Shown here: piece by piece, positions 29,231 through 38,134 of the stretch
Layout: each line of letters begins with the position of its first letter
Position numbering within the stretch: position 1 is the first letter of the stretch
Assembly (NCBI GenBank): GCA_013694995.1
Contig: JACDBH010000004.1
Span: 256,995 to 320,994 of the forward strand
Direction: 5' to 3'
Length of the DNA: 64,000 nt
Source: Candidatus Saccharimonadota bacterium
GTDB taxonomy: Bacteria > Patescibacteriota > Saccharimonadia > Saccharimonadales > JACDBH01
Made by a program: the position numbers and the translations under genes
Notes under the pieces: model-generated
The model's input: the letters and a program-made list of their open reading frames with translations, nothing else
What the model was told of the DNA's origin: nothing
Databases searched by the model: none

Positions 29231-29521
29231 ATGGCATATGAACCATTAGACAACGAACCGATTTCACAAGTTGGGATGCGTAATAATCTCACAACTTCAC
29301 GTATCGGCAAGGTACTTTTAGAAAAAAGCCGAAATTCCATAGGTGCGTTAGCAGAAGTAGGGAAAGCAATTGGAAGACTTGGGATGACTGGAGTCTCTTG
29401 GGGGGCTAGTAGTTTGATTAAAAAATACGAAGATAGCTGTAAGCAATTACATCTAGATGATCCAAGAACACTGGACCAACATGATACAGATCCGCCCGAT
29501 AACCCTTTACAAACTTCTTAA
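29231..29521 (+). CDS. hypothetical small protein (96 aa) inserted between fusA and tuf
   Basis: The ATG immediately follows the fusA TAA. Gly/Ala-rich amphipathic core (IGALAEVGKAIGRLGMTGVSWGASS). No recognised family. Confidence 0.5.
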   Translation: MAYEPLDNEPISQVGMRNNLTTSRIGKVLLEKSRNSIGALAEVGKAIGRLGMTGVSWGASSLIKKYEDSCKQLHLDDPRTLDQHDTDPPDNPLQTS

Positions 29522-29630
29522 TTTGGGCTATTATTCATCTGTAACTCGCGTGAGGGCTATTGCTGTAGTGTCAGTAATTATGGATCGCGAACATATATAA
29601 ACCAAGCCTAATTAAGGAGAAAAACACTTC

Positions 29631-30812
29631 ATGGCAAACTTCAACCGAGACAAACCACACGTAAACGTCGGTACCATGGGTCATGTCGACCACGGTAAAA
29701 CTACCCTAACAGCAGCTATTACGAGCGTGCTTGCTAAAAAATTGCCTAGTGACATCAATAAATCTGTTGCTTATGACCAAATCGACAACGCTCCGGAAGA
29801 AAAAGCCCGAGGTATAACTATCGCTACCTCCCACCAAGAATATGAGAGCGAAAAGCGCCACTATGCACACGTTGATATGCCGGGTCACGCTGACTACGTC
29901 AAGAACATGATTACCGGCGCTGCACAAATCGATGGAGCTATATTAGTTGTGTCTGCTGCTGATGGTCCTATGCCTCAGACTCGCGAACATGTTTTGCTTG
30001 CTAAGCAAGTGGGTGTTCCAAGCATCTTAGTTTTCATGAATAAAATGGACTTAGCGGACGCAGACCTTGTAGAGCTTGTAGAAATGGACATCCGCGAATT
30101 GCTTGCCAAATATGATTTTGATGAAAATGCACCGATTATCAAAGGCTCAGCAACCAAGGCGCTGGAAGGCGATGCTGCTAACGAAGACTCGATCATGGAG
30201 CTTATTAAAGCCATGGACGATTTTGTTCCTGAGCCAAAGCGCGAACTTGACAAGCCTTTCTTGATGCCTATTGAGGATGTCTTCTCAATTAAAGGTCGTG
30301 GCACAGTTGCTACTGGCCGTGTGGAACAAGGTGTAGTCAAGGTCAACGAAGAAGTCGAAATTGTTGGTATCCGTGCTACTACCAAATCTGTTGTAACTGG
30401 TGTTGAAATGTTCAAGAAAAATCTTGATCAGGGTCAGGCTGGTGACAACGTCGGTATACTGCTTAGAGGTATAGAACGTGATGACATAGAGCGCGGCCAG
30501 GTTTTGGCTAAACCCGGTACAATTACTCCACACACAGAATTTGATGCTGAAGTTTATATCCTAACTAAAGAAGAAGGTGGACGACACACACCATTCTTCA
30601 AAGGATATAAACCACAATTTTACTTCCGCACAACGGACGTAACAGGTGAAGTTGAACTCCCAGCAGATAAAGAAATGGTCATGCCTGGTGATACAATCAC
30701 CTTTAAGGTCACATTGCTAGCTCCTATTGCTATGGAGCAGGGACTTCGCTTTGCAATCCGCGAAGGTGGCCGTACGGTTGGTGCTGGAGTGGTAACGAAA
30801 ATCAATAAATAG
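29631..30812 (+). CDS. tuf: elongation factor Tu
   Basis: [21 protein letters not shown] motifs. 393 aa. AAGGAGA Shine-Dalgarno upstream. Confidence 0.97.
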   Translation: MANFNRDKPHVNVGTMGHVDHGKTTLTAAITSVLAKKLPSDINKSVAYDQIDNAPEEKARGITIATSHQEYESEKRHYAHVDMPGHADYVKNMITGAAQIDGAILVVSAADGPMPQTREHVLLAKQVGVPSILVFMNKMDLADADLVELVEMDIRELLAKYDFDENAPIIKGSATKALEGDAANEDSIMELIKAMDDFVPEPKRELDKPFLMPIEDVFSIKGRGTVATGRVEQGVVKVNEEVEIVGIRATTKSVVTGVEMFKKNLDQGQAGDNVGILLRGIERDDIERGQVLAKPGTITPHTEFDAEVYILTKEEGGRHTPFFKGYKPQFYFRTTDVTGEVELPADKEMVMPGDTITFKVTLLAPIAMEQGLRFAIREGGRTVGAGVVTKINK

Positions 30813-30836
30813 AAAATTTAGTGTACTATTAAGCAT

Positions 30837-30870
30837 AGAGCCTCGCAAAATACCGGGGCTCTATTTTTAT
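30837..30870 (+). terminator. intrinsic terminator after tuf
   Basis: AGAGCCTCG-caaaatac-CGGGGCTCT (9 bp including one G.U pair) followed by ATTTTTATT. Confidence 0.75.
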
Positions 30871-30898
30871 TGATTAACCTTTCTTAAAACTATAAAAA

Positions 30899-31060
30899 CT
30901 AAGCAGCCTTAAAACGGTCTTTAAGATCTAGAAACTTAGCATACCCTTCCAGTGCTAGTGCTCCTGCAACCGCCGCGACAGCCACTGGTATATTGATTAA
31001 TTCACCCATGAGCTTACCAGACTCTTCGTTATGAAGCCTTGGTCCTATTAGTTCAGACAT
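30899..31060 (-). CDS. candidate small hydrophobic protein (53 aa), below the ORF-track length cutoff
   Basis: My translation: MSELIGPRLHNEESGKLMGELINIPVAVAAVAGALALEGYAKFLDLKDRFKAA*. The Ala/Gly-rich hydrophobic core resembles ORF 32000..32206. Weak Shine-Dalgarno. Confidence 0.35.
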   Translation of the reverse strand: MSELIGPRLHNEESGKLMGELINIPVAVAAVAGALALEGYAKFLDLKDRFKAA

Positions 31061-31250
31061 TTTTATCTTTCTCGCTAGTATAGCGTTTATGCTTTTAACT
31101 TACTCTTTAATGTTGTTGTTGTAAATATCTTTATTTATAACTAGATTTGTTGTAAAATAACAGAGTAAATTAACGGTGATGATTAAAAGTCATTGCACAA
31201 GCTCTATATAGCAGTGCAAGGATGTTACATCACAAATAAGGACAAATATT

Positions 31251-31589
31251 ATGGCAGAAGCGAAAAAAACTGAAGCGCCTGCACCAAAGCAACGTATTCG
31301 TATCCGCTTGAAGGCGTATGATCATAAAGTAATTGACCAGTCCGCAAAACAGATTGTTGATACGGCATTGCGAACGGGAGCAACCATTGCCGGCCCGATT
31401 CCGCTGCCGACACGCAAAAGTACATTTACAGTAGTCAAAAGCCCCCACGTCTTCAAGAAAGGCCGAGAACAGTTCGAAATGCGTGTCCATAAACGTCTGA
31501 TTGATGTATTTGAGCCTACCCCTAAGACAATTGATTCTTTAATGAATCTTTCTCTTCCTGCTGGCTGCGACGCTGAAATTAAGATGTAA
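31251..31589 (+). CDS. rpsJ: 30S ribosomal protein S10 (uS10)
   Basis: [26 protein letters not shown]...GPIPLPT...HKRLIDV. 112 aa. Confidence 0.95.
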   Translation: MAEAKKTEAPAPKQRIRIRLKAYDHKVIDQSAKQIVDTALRTGATIAGPIPLPTRKSTFTVVKSPHVFKKGREQFEMRVHKRLIDVFEPTPKTIDSLMNLSLPAGCDAEIKM

Positions 31590-31712
31590 CTTTAGGCAAA
31601 CCGTCTTAAGAGTTCTTAACTTTTAAGGCAAAGTTAAGTGATTATCTGACCAAAACTAATATTGTACTAAATATTACTGTAAATACTTATGTTTTAGAGT
31701 AAGTTGTGCCTT

Positions 31713-32003
31713 ATGACTATGCTTCAGTCTTTGGATTCAATTGAGCAACATTATGATAATTTGATTGAGATTATTTCAAAAAAGTGCAGAACTTGCCCTT
31801 ACGCTGTTGCGCTAGCGGAAATACTTATAGTCAATGTTGAACAAGGTGAGATGTCTATCGACCAGGCAGACAGGGAATTTGCTCTGCAACTTGGTAGTAA
31901 ATGTATGGAAGATGGGCTGGTTGAATTATATGATTCGTATTATTGTCCCGCAAAAGATGCGTCTGTACAGAGCCCTGAGTATCTAGCTGTAACTGGTACT
32001 TAA
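31713..32003 (+). CDS. hypothetical small CxxC protein inserted between rpsJ and rplC
   Basis: The ORF is open from TTG 31704, with ATG codons at 31713 and 31719. CRTC motif plus two distal Cys residues. Residues NLIEIISKKCRTCPYAVALAEILIVNVEQ align with ELVDIFAPENCKNCEGLEAQAEVVGNEKVQ of ORF 26819. Confidence 0.5.
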   Translation: MTMLQSLDSIEQHYDNLIEIISKKCRTCPYAVALAEILIVNVEQGEMSIDQADREFALQLGSKCMEDGLVELYDSYYCPAKDASVQSPEYLAVTGT

Positions 32004-32206
32004 GTCTTCTTTTTCTTGGCCCATCTTCTAAGTAGTTCAAAACCGCCAGCTTGTGCGGCATTAAATGCAGCGTAGGATGAAATCAGTACGTTCGGACCAG
32101 GTATTGCTAGAGCAATTGCTCCTGCTCCTAAGGCTATGACTGTATTGAAATCGCGCCCGAAACGGGCTGCTCGCTCTCCAAACTTAGACTCGATATTGCT
32201 AGCCAT
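32000..32206 (-). CDS. hypothetical small Gly/Ala-rich hydrophobic protein (68 aa) with a KKKK tail
   Basis: MASNIESKFGERAARFGRDFNTVIALGAGAIALAIPGPNVLISSYAAFNAAQAGGFELLRRWAKKKKT. Its stop overlaps the stop of the convergent ORF 31713..32003 (shared TTAA). Confidence 0.45.
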   Translation of the reverse strand: MASNIESKFGERAARFGRDFNTVIALGAGAIALAIPGPNVLISSYAAFNAAQAGGFELLRRWAKKKKT

Positions 32207-32271
32207 TGCATATGAATATATAAAAAAGCATAACAACAAGCTGTAAAGTATATTACGACTGTGCTTTAATA

Positions 32272-32529
32272 ATGATTATGGTAAAAAATAAAGAACCGGA
32301 CAGCGTTTATTTCTTAAAATTGGTGCTTTATCTTATTATTGGTGCTCAGTGGCTTCGTATAACTAAGAGTGGTTTGCAAATCCCAATCCCTATAGGTCTA
32401 ATCATCGGCATACTATTTGCTAGAACCGATCATTTTCAAATTGACCGCAAAGTTGAGTATGCAATTCTACTTGTTGCTATGTTTGTTGGTTTTTGGCTTC
32501 CACTAGGTCTCGAAATCGTAATTCGTTAA
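32272..32529 (+). CDS. hypothetical small membrane protein (85 aa, ~3 hydrophobic helices)
   Basis: ORF with hydrophobic segments LKLVLYLIIGAQWL, IPIGLIIGILFA and AILLVAMFVGFWLPLGL. Confidence 0.5.
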   Translation: MIMVKNKEPDSVYFLKLVLYLIIGAQWLRITKSGLQIPIPIGLIIGILFARTDHFQIDRKVEYAILLVAMFVGFWLPLGLEIVIR

Positions 32530-32549
32530 TTTGTAGAATTTACATCGTA

Positions 32550-32579
32550 TTGACTAGTGTTAATGTTTTGTGCTAATCT
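32550..32579 (+). promoter_or_regulatory. candidate promoter for rplC and the downstream operon (TTGACT-18-TGcTAATCT)
   Basis: TTGACT at 32550-32555. Extended -10 TGCTAATCT at 32571-32579. Confidence 0.45.
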
Positions 32580-32613
32580 GTTATGGTATATCAACAATTT
32601 GGACACTTTAGAA

Positions 32614-32667
32614 CTTGGTGAATAAGCAGGTCTACAGAGGTAGAAACCACTTGCCACCAAGCTTTTT
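32614..32667 (+). promoter_or_regulatory. structured leader or attenuator-like hairpin upstream of rplC
   Basis: CTTGGTG (32614-20) pairs with CACCAAG (32655-61). Inner helices are gca/tgc, ggt/acc and ctac/gtag, with an AGAG tetraloop. Followed by CTTTTTAA ~33 nt before the rplC ATG. Confidence 0.4.
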
Positions 32668-32699
32668 AACGCATTGTGCCAAGTAATATTAAGGAAACT

Positions 32700-33314
32700 A
32701 TGAAAGCACTCATTACCAGAAAGGTTGGCATGACAAGTCTCGTCGCTGAAGACGGTATTGTTACCGCTGTTACCTTGCTTTCAGCTAGTCCTAACGTTAT
32801 TACCCAAGTAAAGACAACTGACACAGATGGCTATCAAGCTGTTCAACTTGGTTTCGAGACTGCTAAACATCCTGCTAAGCCACAGGTTGGCCACACAGCT
32901 AAGGCTAAAGTGAATCCAGCTAAAATCGTCCGCGAAATTCGCGTAGATGAAATTAGCGAAGATATGAGCGTCGGCACTGAACTTAAAGCCGACGTTTTTA
33001 GTGTCGGTGATGCAGTTAGCGTTACTGGTATTAGCAAAGGTAAAGGTTTTGCAGGCACTATTAAGCGTCACAACTTCAAGCTTGGCCGTAAAACCCATGG
33101 TGGCCGCTCTTACCGTCGTCCCGGATCAATTGGTTCCATGTACCCGCAGCGTATCTTTAAGGGTAAACGTATGGCCGGACAGATGGGCGTTGATCAAGTC
33201 ACTGTAAAGAATCTTAAAGTAGCTCTAGTCGATGTAGATAACAACCTTATAGCGGTAACCGGTGCAGTCCCCGGCCCACGTAAAAGCATCGTCGTACTAA
33301 AGGGAGCCAAATAA
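32700..33314 (+). CDS. rplC: 50S ribosomal protein L3 (uL3)
   Basis: MKALITRKVGMTSL... with an AAGGAA Shine-Dalgarno. The tracked GTG start at 32676 is less likely. Confidence 0.95.
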   Translation: MKALITRKVGMTSLVAEDGIVTAVTLLSASPNVITQVKTTDTDGYQAVQLGFETAKHPAKPQVGHTAKAKVNPAKIVREIRVDEISEDMSVGTELKADVFSVGDAVSVTGISKGKGFAGTIKRHNFKLGRKTHGGRSYRRPGSIGSMYPQRIFKGKRMAGQMGVDQVTVKNLKVALVDVDNNLIAVTGAVPGPRKSIVVLKGAK

Positions 33315-33315
33315 T

Positions 33316-33963
33316 ATGAGCGTTCCTACTTATACCAAGACCGGCACTAAGGCTACAACTGCAGCTAAATTGCCAAAAGAAATATTTGCTGTTGAGAAAA
33401 TTAGCCATGAACTTCTGAAACAGGCCTACAACACCTATCTTGCCAATAAACGGACTAACAATGCCCGTACTCTAAAGCGCGGCGAGGTCCGTGGTGGCGG
33501 TAAGAAACCTTGGAAACAAAAAGGTACAGGACGTGCTCGCTTTGGCTCAATTCGCGTACCAATTTGGCGTGGTGGCGGTATAACGTTTGGCCCGACCGGC
33601 CTCGAAAATTACAGACATGCTTTACCAACCAGCACTAAGCGGAGCGCACTCAGGCAAGCCCTAACAGTTGCAACCCAATCTAACAAGATTACAATAATCG
33701 AATCATTTGATAACAAGGCCGGCAAAGTTGCTGAAACGGTCGCGCTGCTTAATAAAATTGAGGCTGTCCGCAACATCTTACTAGTAGTTAATGACAAGGA
33801 CGACATGGTTACCCGTGCTACCCGTAATATATCAAATCTCACAGTAGTTCAAGCCAAATACCTCAATGTATTCGATATACTGAATGCCGACACGATCGTA
33901 CTTACTACTCAGTCGGTTGAAATCATTAGCGACTGGCTCGGCCCTAAAAAGGCGGTTAAATAA
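33316..33963 (+). CDS. rplD: 50S ribosomal protein L4 (uL4)
   Basis: RGGGKKPWKQKGTGRARFGSIRVPIWRGGG motif. Operon position. Confidence 0.95.
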   Translation: MSVPTYTKTGTKATTAAKLPKEIFAVEKISHELLKQAYNTYLANKRTNNARTLKRGEVRGGGKKPWKQKGTGRARFGSIRVPIWRGGGITFGPTGLENYRHALPTSTKRSALRQALTVATQSNKITIIESFDNKAGKVAETVALLNKIEAVRNILLVVNDKDDMVTRATRNISNLTVVQAKYLNVFDILNADTIVLTTQSVEIISDWLGPKKAVK

Positions 33964-34325
33964 TGAAAGACTTTGTGCTCAAACCTCGGGTTAGCGAAAA
34001 AGCCTATGCCATGAGCCAAGCTGAAAATATCAAGACTTATGTATTTGTTGTTTCTACTTCGGCCAATAAGCATAGCGTTGCTCGTGCAATTACTGCACAG
34101 TACGGTGTGGTTGTTACCAATGTAAGGACTACAACTACCAAGGGTAAGACCAAGCAATCATATCGTAAAGGTGGTCGTCCGGTAGCGGGTGTACGTTCTG
34201 ATATTAAGAAGGCGTACGTTACGCTACGGGCCGGTGAAAGCTTGCCGCTGTTTGTCGAGGAAGCCGCTGAAGAAGAAAAACAGGCGAAGGAAGCTAAGAA
34301 AGCTTTGAAAAAGGAACCTAAATAA
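33963..34325 (+). CDS. rplW: 50S ribosomal protein L23 (uL23) with Lys/Glu-rich C-terminal extension
   Basis: LKPRVSEKAY... and operon position. Tail EEAAEEEKQAKEAKKALKKEPK. Confidence 0.92.
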   Translation: MKDFVLKPRVSEKAYAMSQAENIKTYVFVVSTSANKHSVARAITAQYGVVVTNVRTTTTKGKTKQSYRKGGRPVAGVRSDIKKAYVTLRAGESLPLFVEEAAEEEKQAKEAKKALKKEPK

Positions 34326-35179
34326 TGGCTATTAGAGCTTATAAACCAAACACACCAGGTCAGCGTGGTATGACCACTCAAGACTTTGATGGTATAACTG
34401 CTAAAAAGCCGCTCAAGAGCCTAACGGTTATTCGAAAGCAAAATTCCGGCCGTAACAACCAGGGCCGTATAACTACCCGTCACCGTGGTGGTGGAGCCCG
34501 CCGTTTTATTCGGCTTCTTAATTTCAATTTGGCACCAGGATTGGAAGCAACAATCGAGCACATCGAATACGACCCAGGACGATCAGCCCGCATTGCACGT
34601 ATTAAAGAATCGAATGGAACTTATCACTACATTTTAGCTGGCACGGATATGGTCCCAGGCCGGATTATAAGAAGTGGTGAAGACGCACCTGTTGAAAATG
34701 GCAACCGTCTACCGCTGGCAAACATTCCTGTCGGAAGCACTATTTACGGTGTTGAGTTACAGCCCGGTCGTGGTGCTCAGGTTGTTCGCTCAGCTGGTAC
34801 GTCCGCTCAGCTTATGGCCAAAGAGGATGAATACGCTCAGATTCGCATGCCATCAGGCGAAGTTCGTAAAGTACTTGTTACTTGTATGGCAACACTTGGT
34901 AGTGTTGGTAACGAGCAGCACCAAAACGTCAAAATTGGTAAGGCTGGTCGCAACCGCAATAAGGGTTGGCGTCCAAGTGTCCGCGGAGTTGTCATGAACG
35001 CCGTAGACCACCCACACGGTGGTGGTGACGGGGGACGGCATGGTGTTGGTGGTGGTAAAAACCACGGTGCGGCGCCTCGTACGCCATGGGGTGTTAAGAC
35101 GCTTGGATACAAGACCCGCCGCCGCAAGTCTACAAGTAAATTTATAGTTAAATCTCGTCATCAGGCGAAGAGGAAATAG
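34325..35179 (+). CDS. rplB: 50S ribosomal protein L2 (uL2)
   Basis: [27 protein letters not shown] motifs. Confidence 0.96.
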   Translation: MAIRAYKPNTPGQRGMTTQDFDGITAKKPLKSLTVIRKQNSGRNNQGRITTRHRGGGARRFIRLLNFNLAPGLEATIEHIEYDPGRSARIARIKESNGTYHYILAGTDMVPGRIIRSGEDAPVENGNRLPLANIPVGSTIYGVELQPGRGAQVVRSAGTSAQLMAKEDEYAQIRMPSGEVRKVLVTCMATLGSVGNEQHQNVKIGKAGRNRNKGWRPSVRGVVMNAVDHPHGGGDGGRHGVGGGKNHGAAPRTPWGVKTLGYKTRRRKSTSKFIVKSRHQAKRK

Positions 35180-35181
35180 AC

Positions 35182-35451
35182 ATGAGTAGATCACTTAAAA
35201 AAGGTCCCTTTATCGATCCAAAACTTGCAAAGAAAGTAGCAGCACTTGGCAATGACGATCGTACAATTATCAAAACCTGGGCCCGAGCTAGTGCTATTCC
35301 ACCTGAGTTTGTCGGCCGCACCTTTGCTGTTCATAATGGCCGCGTTCATGTGCCTGTTTATGTCACCGAAAACATGGTCGGTCATAAACTGGGTGAGTTT
35401 TCTCCAACCCGTAAGTTCCGCTCCCATGGCGGTAAGTTGGCGAAAGGTTAA
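35182..35451 (+). CDS. rpsS: 30S ribosomal protein S19 (uS19)
   Basis: [15 protein letters not shown]...[21 protein letters not shown]. Confidence 0.96.
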   Translation: MSRSLKKGPFIDPKLAKKVAALGNDDRTIIKTWARASAIPPEFVGRTFAVHNGRVHVPVYVTENMVGHKLGEFSPTRKFRSHGGKLAKG

Positions 35452-35454
35452 ACT

Positions 35455-35844
35455 ATGAGTGTACAAGCAATAGCTAAAGCTGTCCGTATGAGCCCACGCA
35501 AAGTTAGTGTCGTAGCCAGTCTAGTGCGCGGCCGTACCGTTGCTGATGCGCTAATTATTCTCGAACATGCACCTCGTGCTGCTGCCTTGCCCGTCACCAA
35601 AGTTATCAAAAGTGCCCGTGCCAACGCAGAGAACAATCATAATTACCGCCCCGATAGTTTACTAATTACAGAAATCAGTGTAACACCCGGTATCCGCTAC
35701 AAGCGTTTCCGCCCGGTCTCGCGCGGCATGGCCCATCCATACCAAAAACGCACAAGCCATATTAAAGTCGTAGTTGACGGCGAAAAGCGCGCACCAAAAA
35801 AGGTAAAAGCCGAGAGTGTTAAGCCGAAAGCCGAGGAGAAATAA
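35455..35844 (+). CDS. rplV: 50S ribosomal protein L22 (uL22) with basic C-terminal tail
   Basis: RMSPRKVSVVASLVRGRTVADALIILE... and operon position. Confidence 0.94.
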   Translation: MSVQAIAKAVRMSPRKVSVVASLVRGRTVADALIILEHAPRAAALPVTKVIKSARANAENNHNYRPDSLLITEISVTPGIRYKRFRPVSRGMAHPYQKRTSHIKVVVDGEKRAPKKVKAESVKPKAEEK

Positions 35845-35845
35845 T

Positions 35846-36475
35846 ATGGGACAAAAAGTTAATCCAATCAGTATGCGTTTGCAAGTTAACAAGGACTGGC
35901 GCAGTAAATGGTTTGCTAGCAAGCGCGACTACGTTAGTTTTTTGACTCAGGACCTTGAGGTCCGCCGCATGATTCAAAAAAAGCTTGGTTCACGGGCCGC
36001 AATAAATAAAGTTGACATCGAACGATCTCCGAACCTTGTTAGTGTAACGGTTGTAACTGCCAAGGCTGGTGTTGTTATCGGACGTGGGGGATCTGGAGCC
36101 CAGGAGCTTAAGTCTGCCATAGAGCGTATTTATAAGATTCCGGTACGTGTGAATATTGAGGAAATTAAAAAGGCCGAACTTTACGCTAAACTTGTAGCCG
36201 AAAATATTGCGCATCAACTAGAACGACGTATTGCTTTTCGCCGCGCGATCAAATCATCATCTGCTGCCACAATGCGCGCTGGCGCCAAAGGCATACGTAT
36301 TGAAGCAGCTGGACGATTAAACGGTGCTGAAATGTCTAGGCGTGAGAAGTCCGTTGAAGGTTCTGTACCGCTACATACCCTACGTGCCGACATTGACTAT
36401 GCTCAAGTCGATGCCCATACCTCCTCCGGCATTATCGGCATAAAAGTCTGGATCTATAAAGGAGAGGTAGTCTAG
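35846..36475 (+). CDS. rpsC: 30S ribosomal protein S3 (uS3)
   Basis: [12 protein letters not shown]... begins 1 nt after the rplV stop. The tracked 35816 start overlaps rplV. Confidence 0.95.
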   Translation: MGQKVNPISMRLQVNKDWRSKWFASKRDYVSFLTQDLEVRRMIQKKLGSRAAINKVDIERSPNLVSVTVVTAKAGVVIGRGGSGAQELKSAIERIYKIPVRVNIEEIKKAELYAKLVAENIAHQLERRIAFRRAIKSSSAATMRAGAKGIRIEAAGRLNGAEMSRREKSVEGSVPLHTLRADIDYAQVDAHTSSGIIGIKVWIYKGEVV

Positions 36476-36476
36476 C

Positions 36477-36890
36477 ATGTTAATGCCTAAACGCACTAAG
36501 TACCGTAAGGTACGGAAAGGCAAAATTCGGGGACCTGCCACACGGGGTAACACAATCGCCCACGGTTCCTATGCTTTACAGTCATTAAATAACGAACGCA
36601 TTACATCACGCCAGATAGAAGCTGCACGTCAGGCCATGACCCGCTATGTAAAACGTGGTGGCCAGATTTGGATTCGCATATTCCCACACACTCCTGTTAC
36701 TAAAAAACCACAAGACGTAAAAATGGGTAGCGGCAAGGGTAGCCCGGAATATTTTGCGGCCAAAGTCCACATGGGGACGGTTTTATTTGAAATGGACGGC
36801 GTAAGCGAAGAGGTCGCCCGTGAAGCCATGCGCCTGGCTGGTCATAAGCTGCCCGTGAAAACCAAATTCCTGGTGAAAGAGGGTAGATAG
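36477..36890 (+). CDS. rplP: 50S ribosomal protein L16 (uL16)
   Basis: [15 protein letters not shown]... Confidence 0.95.
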   Translation: MLMPKRTKYRKVRKGKIRGPATRGNTIAHGSYALQSLNNERITSRQIEAARQAMTRYVKRGGQIWIRIFPHTPVTKKPQDVKMGSGKGSPEYFAAKVHMGTVLFEMDGVSEEVAREAMRLAGHKLPVKTKFLVKEGR

Positions 36891-36892
36891 TA

Positions 36893-37093
36893 ATGAAAAT
36901 AGCTGATATCCGCAAACAGTCAACTAACGAACTTGCTACTAGTGCTACAAGTATGCGCGAGGAAATCGCCGAGTTAAAGCGCAGGATGCATGTTGGTGAA
37001 GTCCAGAATGTGAAGATATTACGTGAGAAGCGCAAGGATTTGGCGCGCATGCTAACAGTATTGAGCGAGCAACTTGCTAAGGAGGCAGTGTAA
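36893..37093 (+). CDS. rpmC: 50S ribosomal protein L29 (uL29)
   Basis: 66 aa, helical. ELATSATSMREEIAELKRRM. Operon position. Confidence 0.9.
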   Translation: MKIADIRKQSTNELATSATSMREEIAELKRRMHVGEVQNVKILREKRKDLARMLTVLSEQLAKEAV

Positions 37094-37431
37094 TGGCACG
37101 AACACTAATAGGTACAGTTATGAGCGACAAAGTAGACAAAACAATTGTCATTGCTGTTCACACCCGAAAGACCCACCCGATTTATAAAAAAAAGTATTCT
37201 GTGACCACTAGATTTATGGCGCACGACGAAAAGAACGAGGCAAATGTTGGTGACAAAGTTCAGATAATTGAATGCCGACCGTTGAGTCGACGCAAGCGTT
37301 TCACGCTTGAGCGTGTTATAGAAAATGCCCGTATAACCCATGTCGAACCTGAGGCGTCCGCTACTGAAGAAGAACCCGCTTCCGAAGAAACTAAGCCGAA
37401 ACATACTGCAAGCAAAAAGGAATCGAAGTAA
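37093..37431 (+). CDS. rpsQ: 30S ribosomal protein S17 (uS17) with acidic/Lys C-terminal extension
   Basis: [29 protein letters not shown]...[11 protein letters not shown]. Tail [19 protein letters not shown]. Confidence 0.93.
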   Translation: MARTLIGTVMSDKVDKTIVIAVHTRKTHPIYKKKYSVTTRFMAHDEKNEANVGDKVQIIECRPLSRRKRFTLERVIENARITHVEPEASATEEEPASEETKPKHTASKKESK

Positions 37432-37799
37432 TGATACAGCAGGAATCACGGCTTATAGTCGCAGATAACTCTGGTGCAAAAGAAATTCTTTGCATACGAG
37501 TCTTGGGTGGCACACGCCGTCGTTATGCCGGTATTGGTGATGTTATTGTTGCAACCGTCAAGCAAGCAAACCCAAGTGGTAATGTTAAAAAGAAGTCGGT
37601 TGTTAAGGCCGTCGTCATTAGAACCCGCAATGCAATCCGCCGCCCTGATGGCTCTAGTATTCGTTTTGATGACAACGCAGCAGTAATTATTGGTGATGAT
37701 AAGCTTCCTAAAGGCACACGTATATTCGGTCCTGTCCCGCGCGAATTACGCGACCAGGGGTATGCAAAAATTATTAGCCTTGCTCCGGAGGTGCTCTAA
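37431..37799 (+). CDS. rplN: 50S ribosomal protein L14 (uL14)
   Basis: [27 protein letters not shown]... Confidence 0.96.
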   Translation: MIQQESRLIVADNSGAKEILCIRVLGGTRRRYAGIGDVIVATVKQANPSGNVKKKSVVKAVVIRTRNAIRRPDGSSIRFDDNAAVIIGDDKLPKGTRIFGPVPRELRDQGYAKIISLAPEVL

Positions 37800-37801
37800 A
37801 T

Positions 37802-38134
37802 ATGAATAAGCAAGTCTTTAAAATTAAGCTCAAAAAGGGTGACACTGTTGTGGTACGCACAGGAAAATACAAGGGCAAAACCGGTAAAGTCGTGATGACA
37901 CACCCAACTGATAATAAGGTAACAGTCGAGGGCATTAATATCGTCAAGCGTCATATTAAGCCTAACCGTCAACACCCTCAAGGTGACATTATTGAACTTA
38001 CTAAACCGATTTTCATAAGTAAAGTTGCTATTCAGGATCCTACCAGCAAAAAAGCCAGCAAGATAAGCATGAAAATTGACTCTAAGGGCATCAAATCTCG
38101 TTCTTATAAGAATTCTGGCAAGGAGATAAAGTAA
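37802..38134 (+). CDS. rplX: 50S ribosomal protein L24 (uL24)
   Basis: KLKKGDTVVVRTGKYKGKTGKV...VEGINIVKRHIKP. Confidence 0.93.
   Translation: MNKQVFKIKLKKGDTVVVRTGKYKGKTGKVVMTHPTDNKVTVEGINIVKRHIKPNRQHPQGDIIELTKPIFISKVAIQDPTSKKASKISMKIDSKGIKSRSYKNSGKEIK

Noticed and set aside
31590-31640. Clustered TTAAG/CTTAA pentamers after rpsJ, considered as a terminator
   Set aside because: They do not form a stable stem-loop followed by a T-run, so I could not support a terminator call.
32272-32529. Possible paralogy between membrane ORF 32272..32529 and ORF 47477..47749
   Set aside because: They share size, about three hydrophobic helices and an MVK...[KR]E[PE]D..Y[FW]L start. The similarity is too weak and too composition-driven to assert without statistics.
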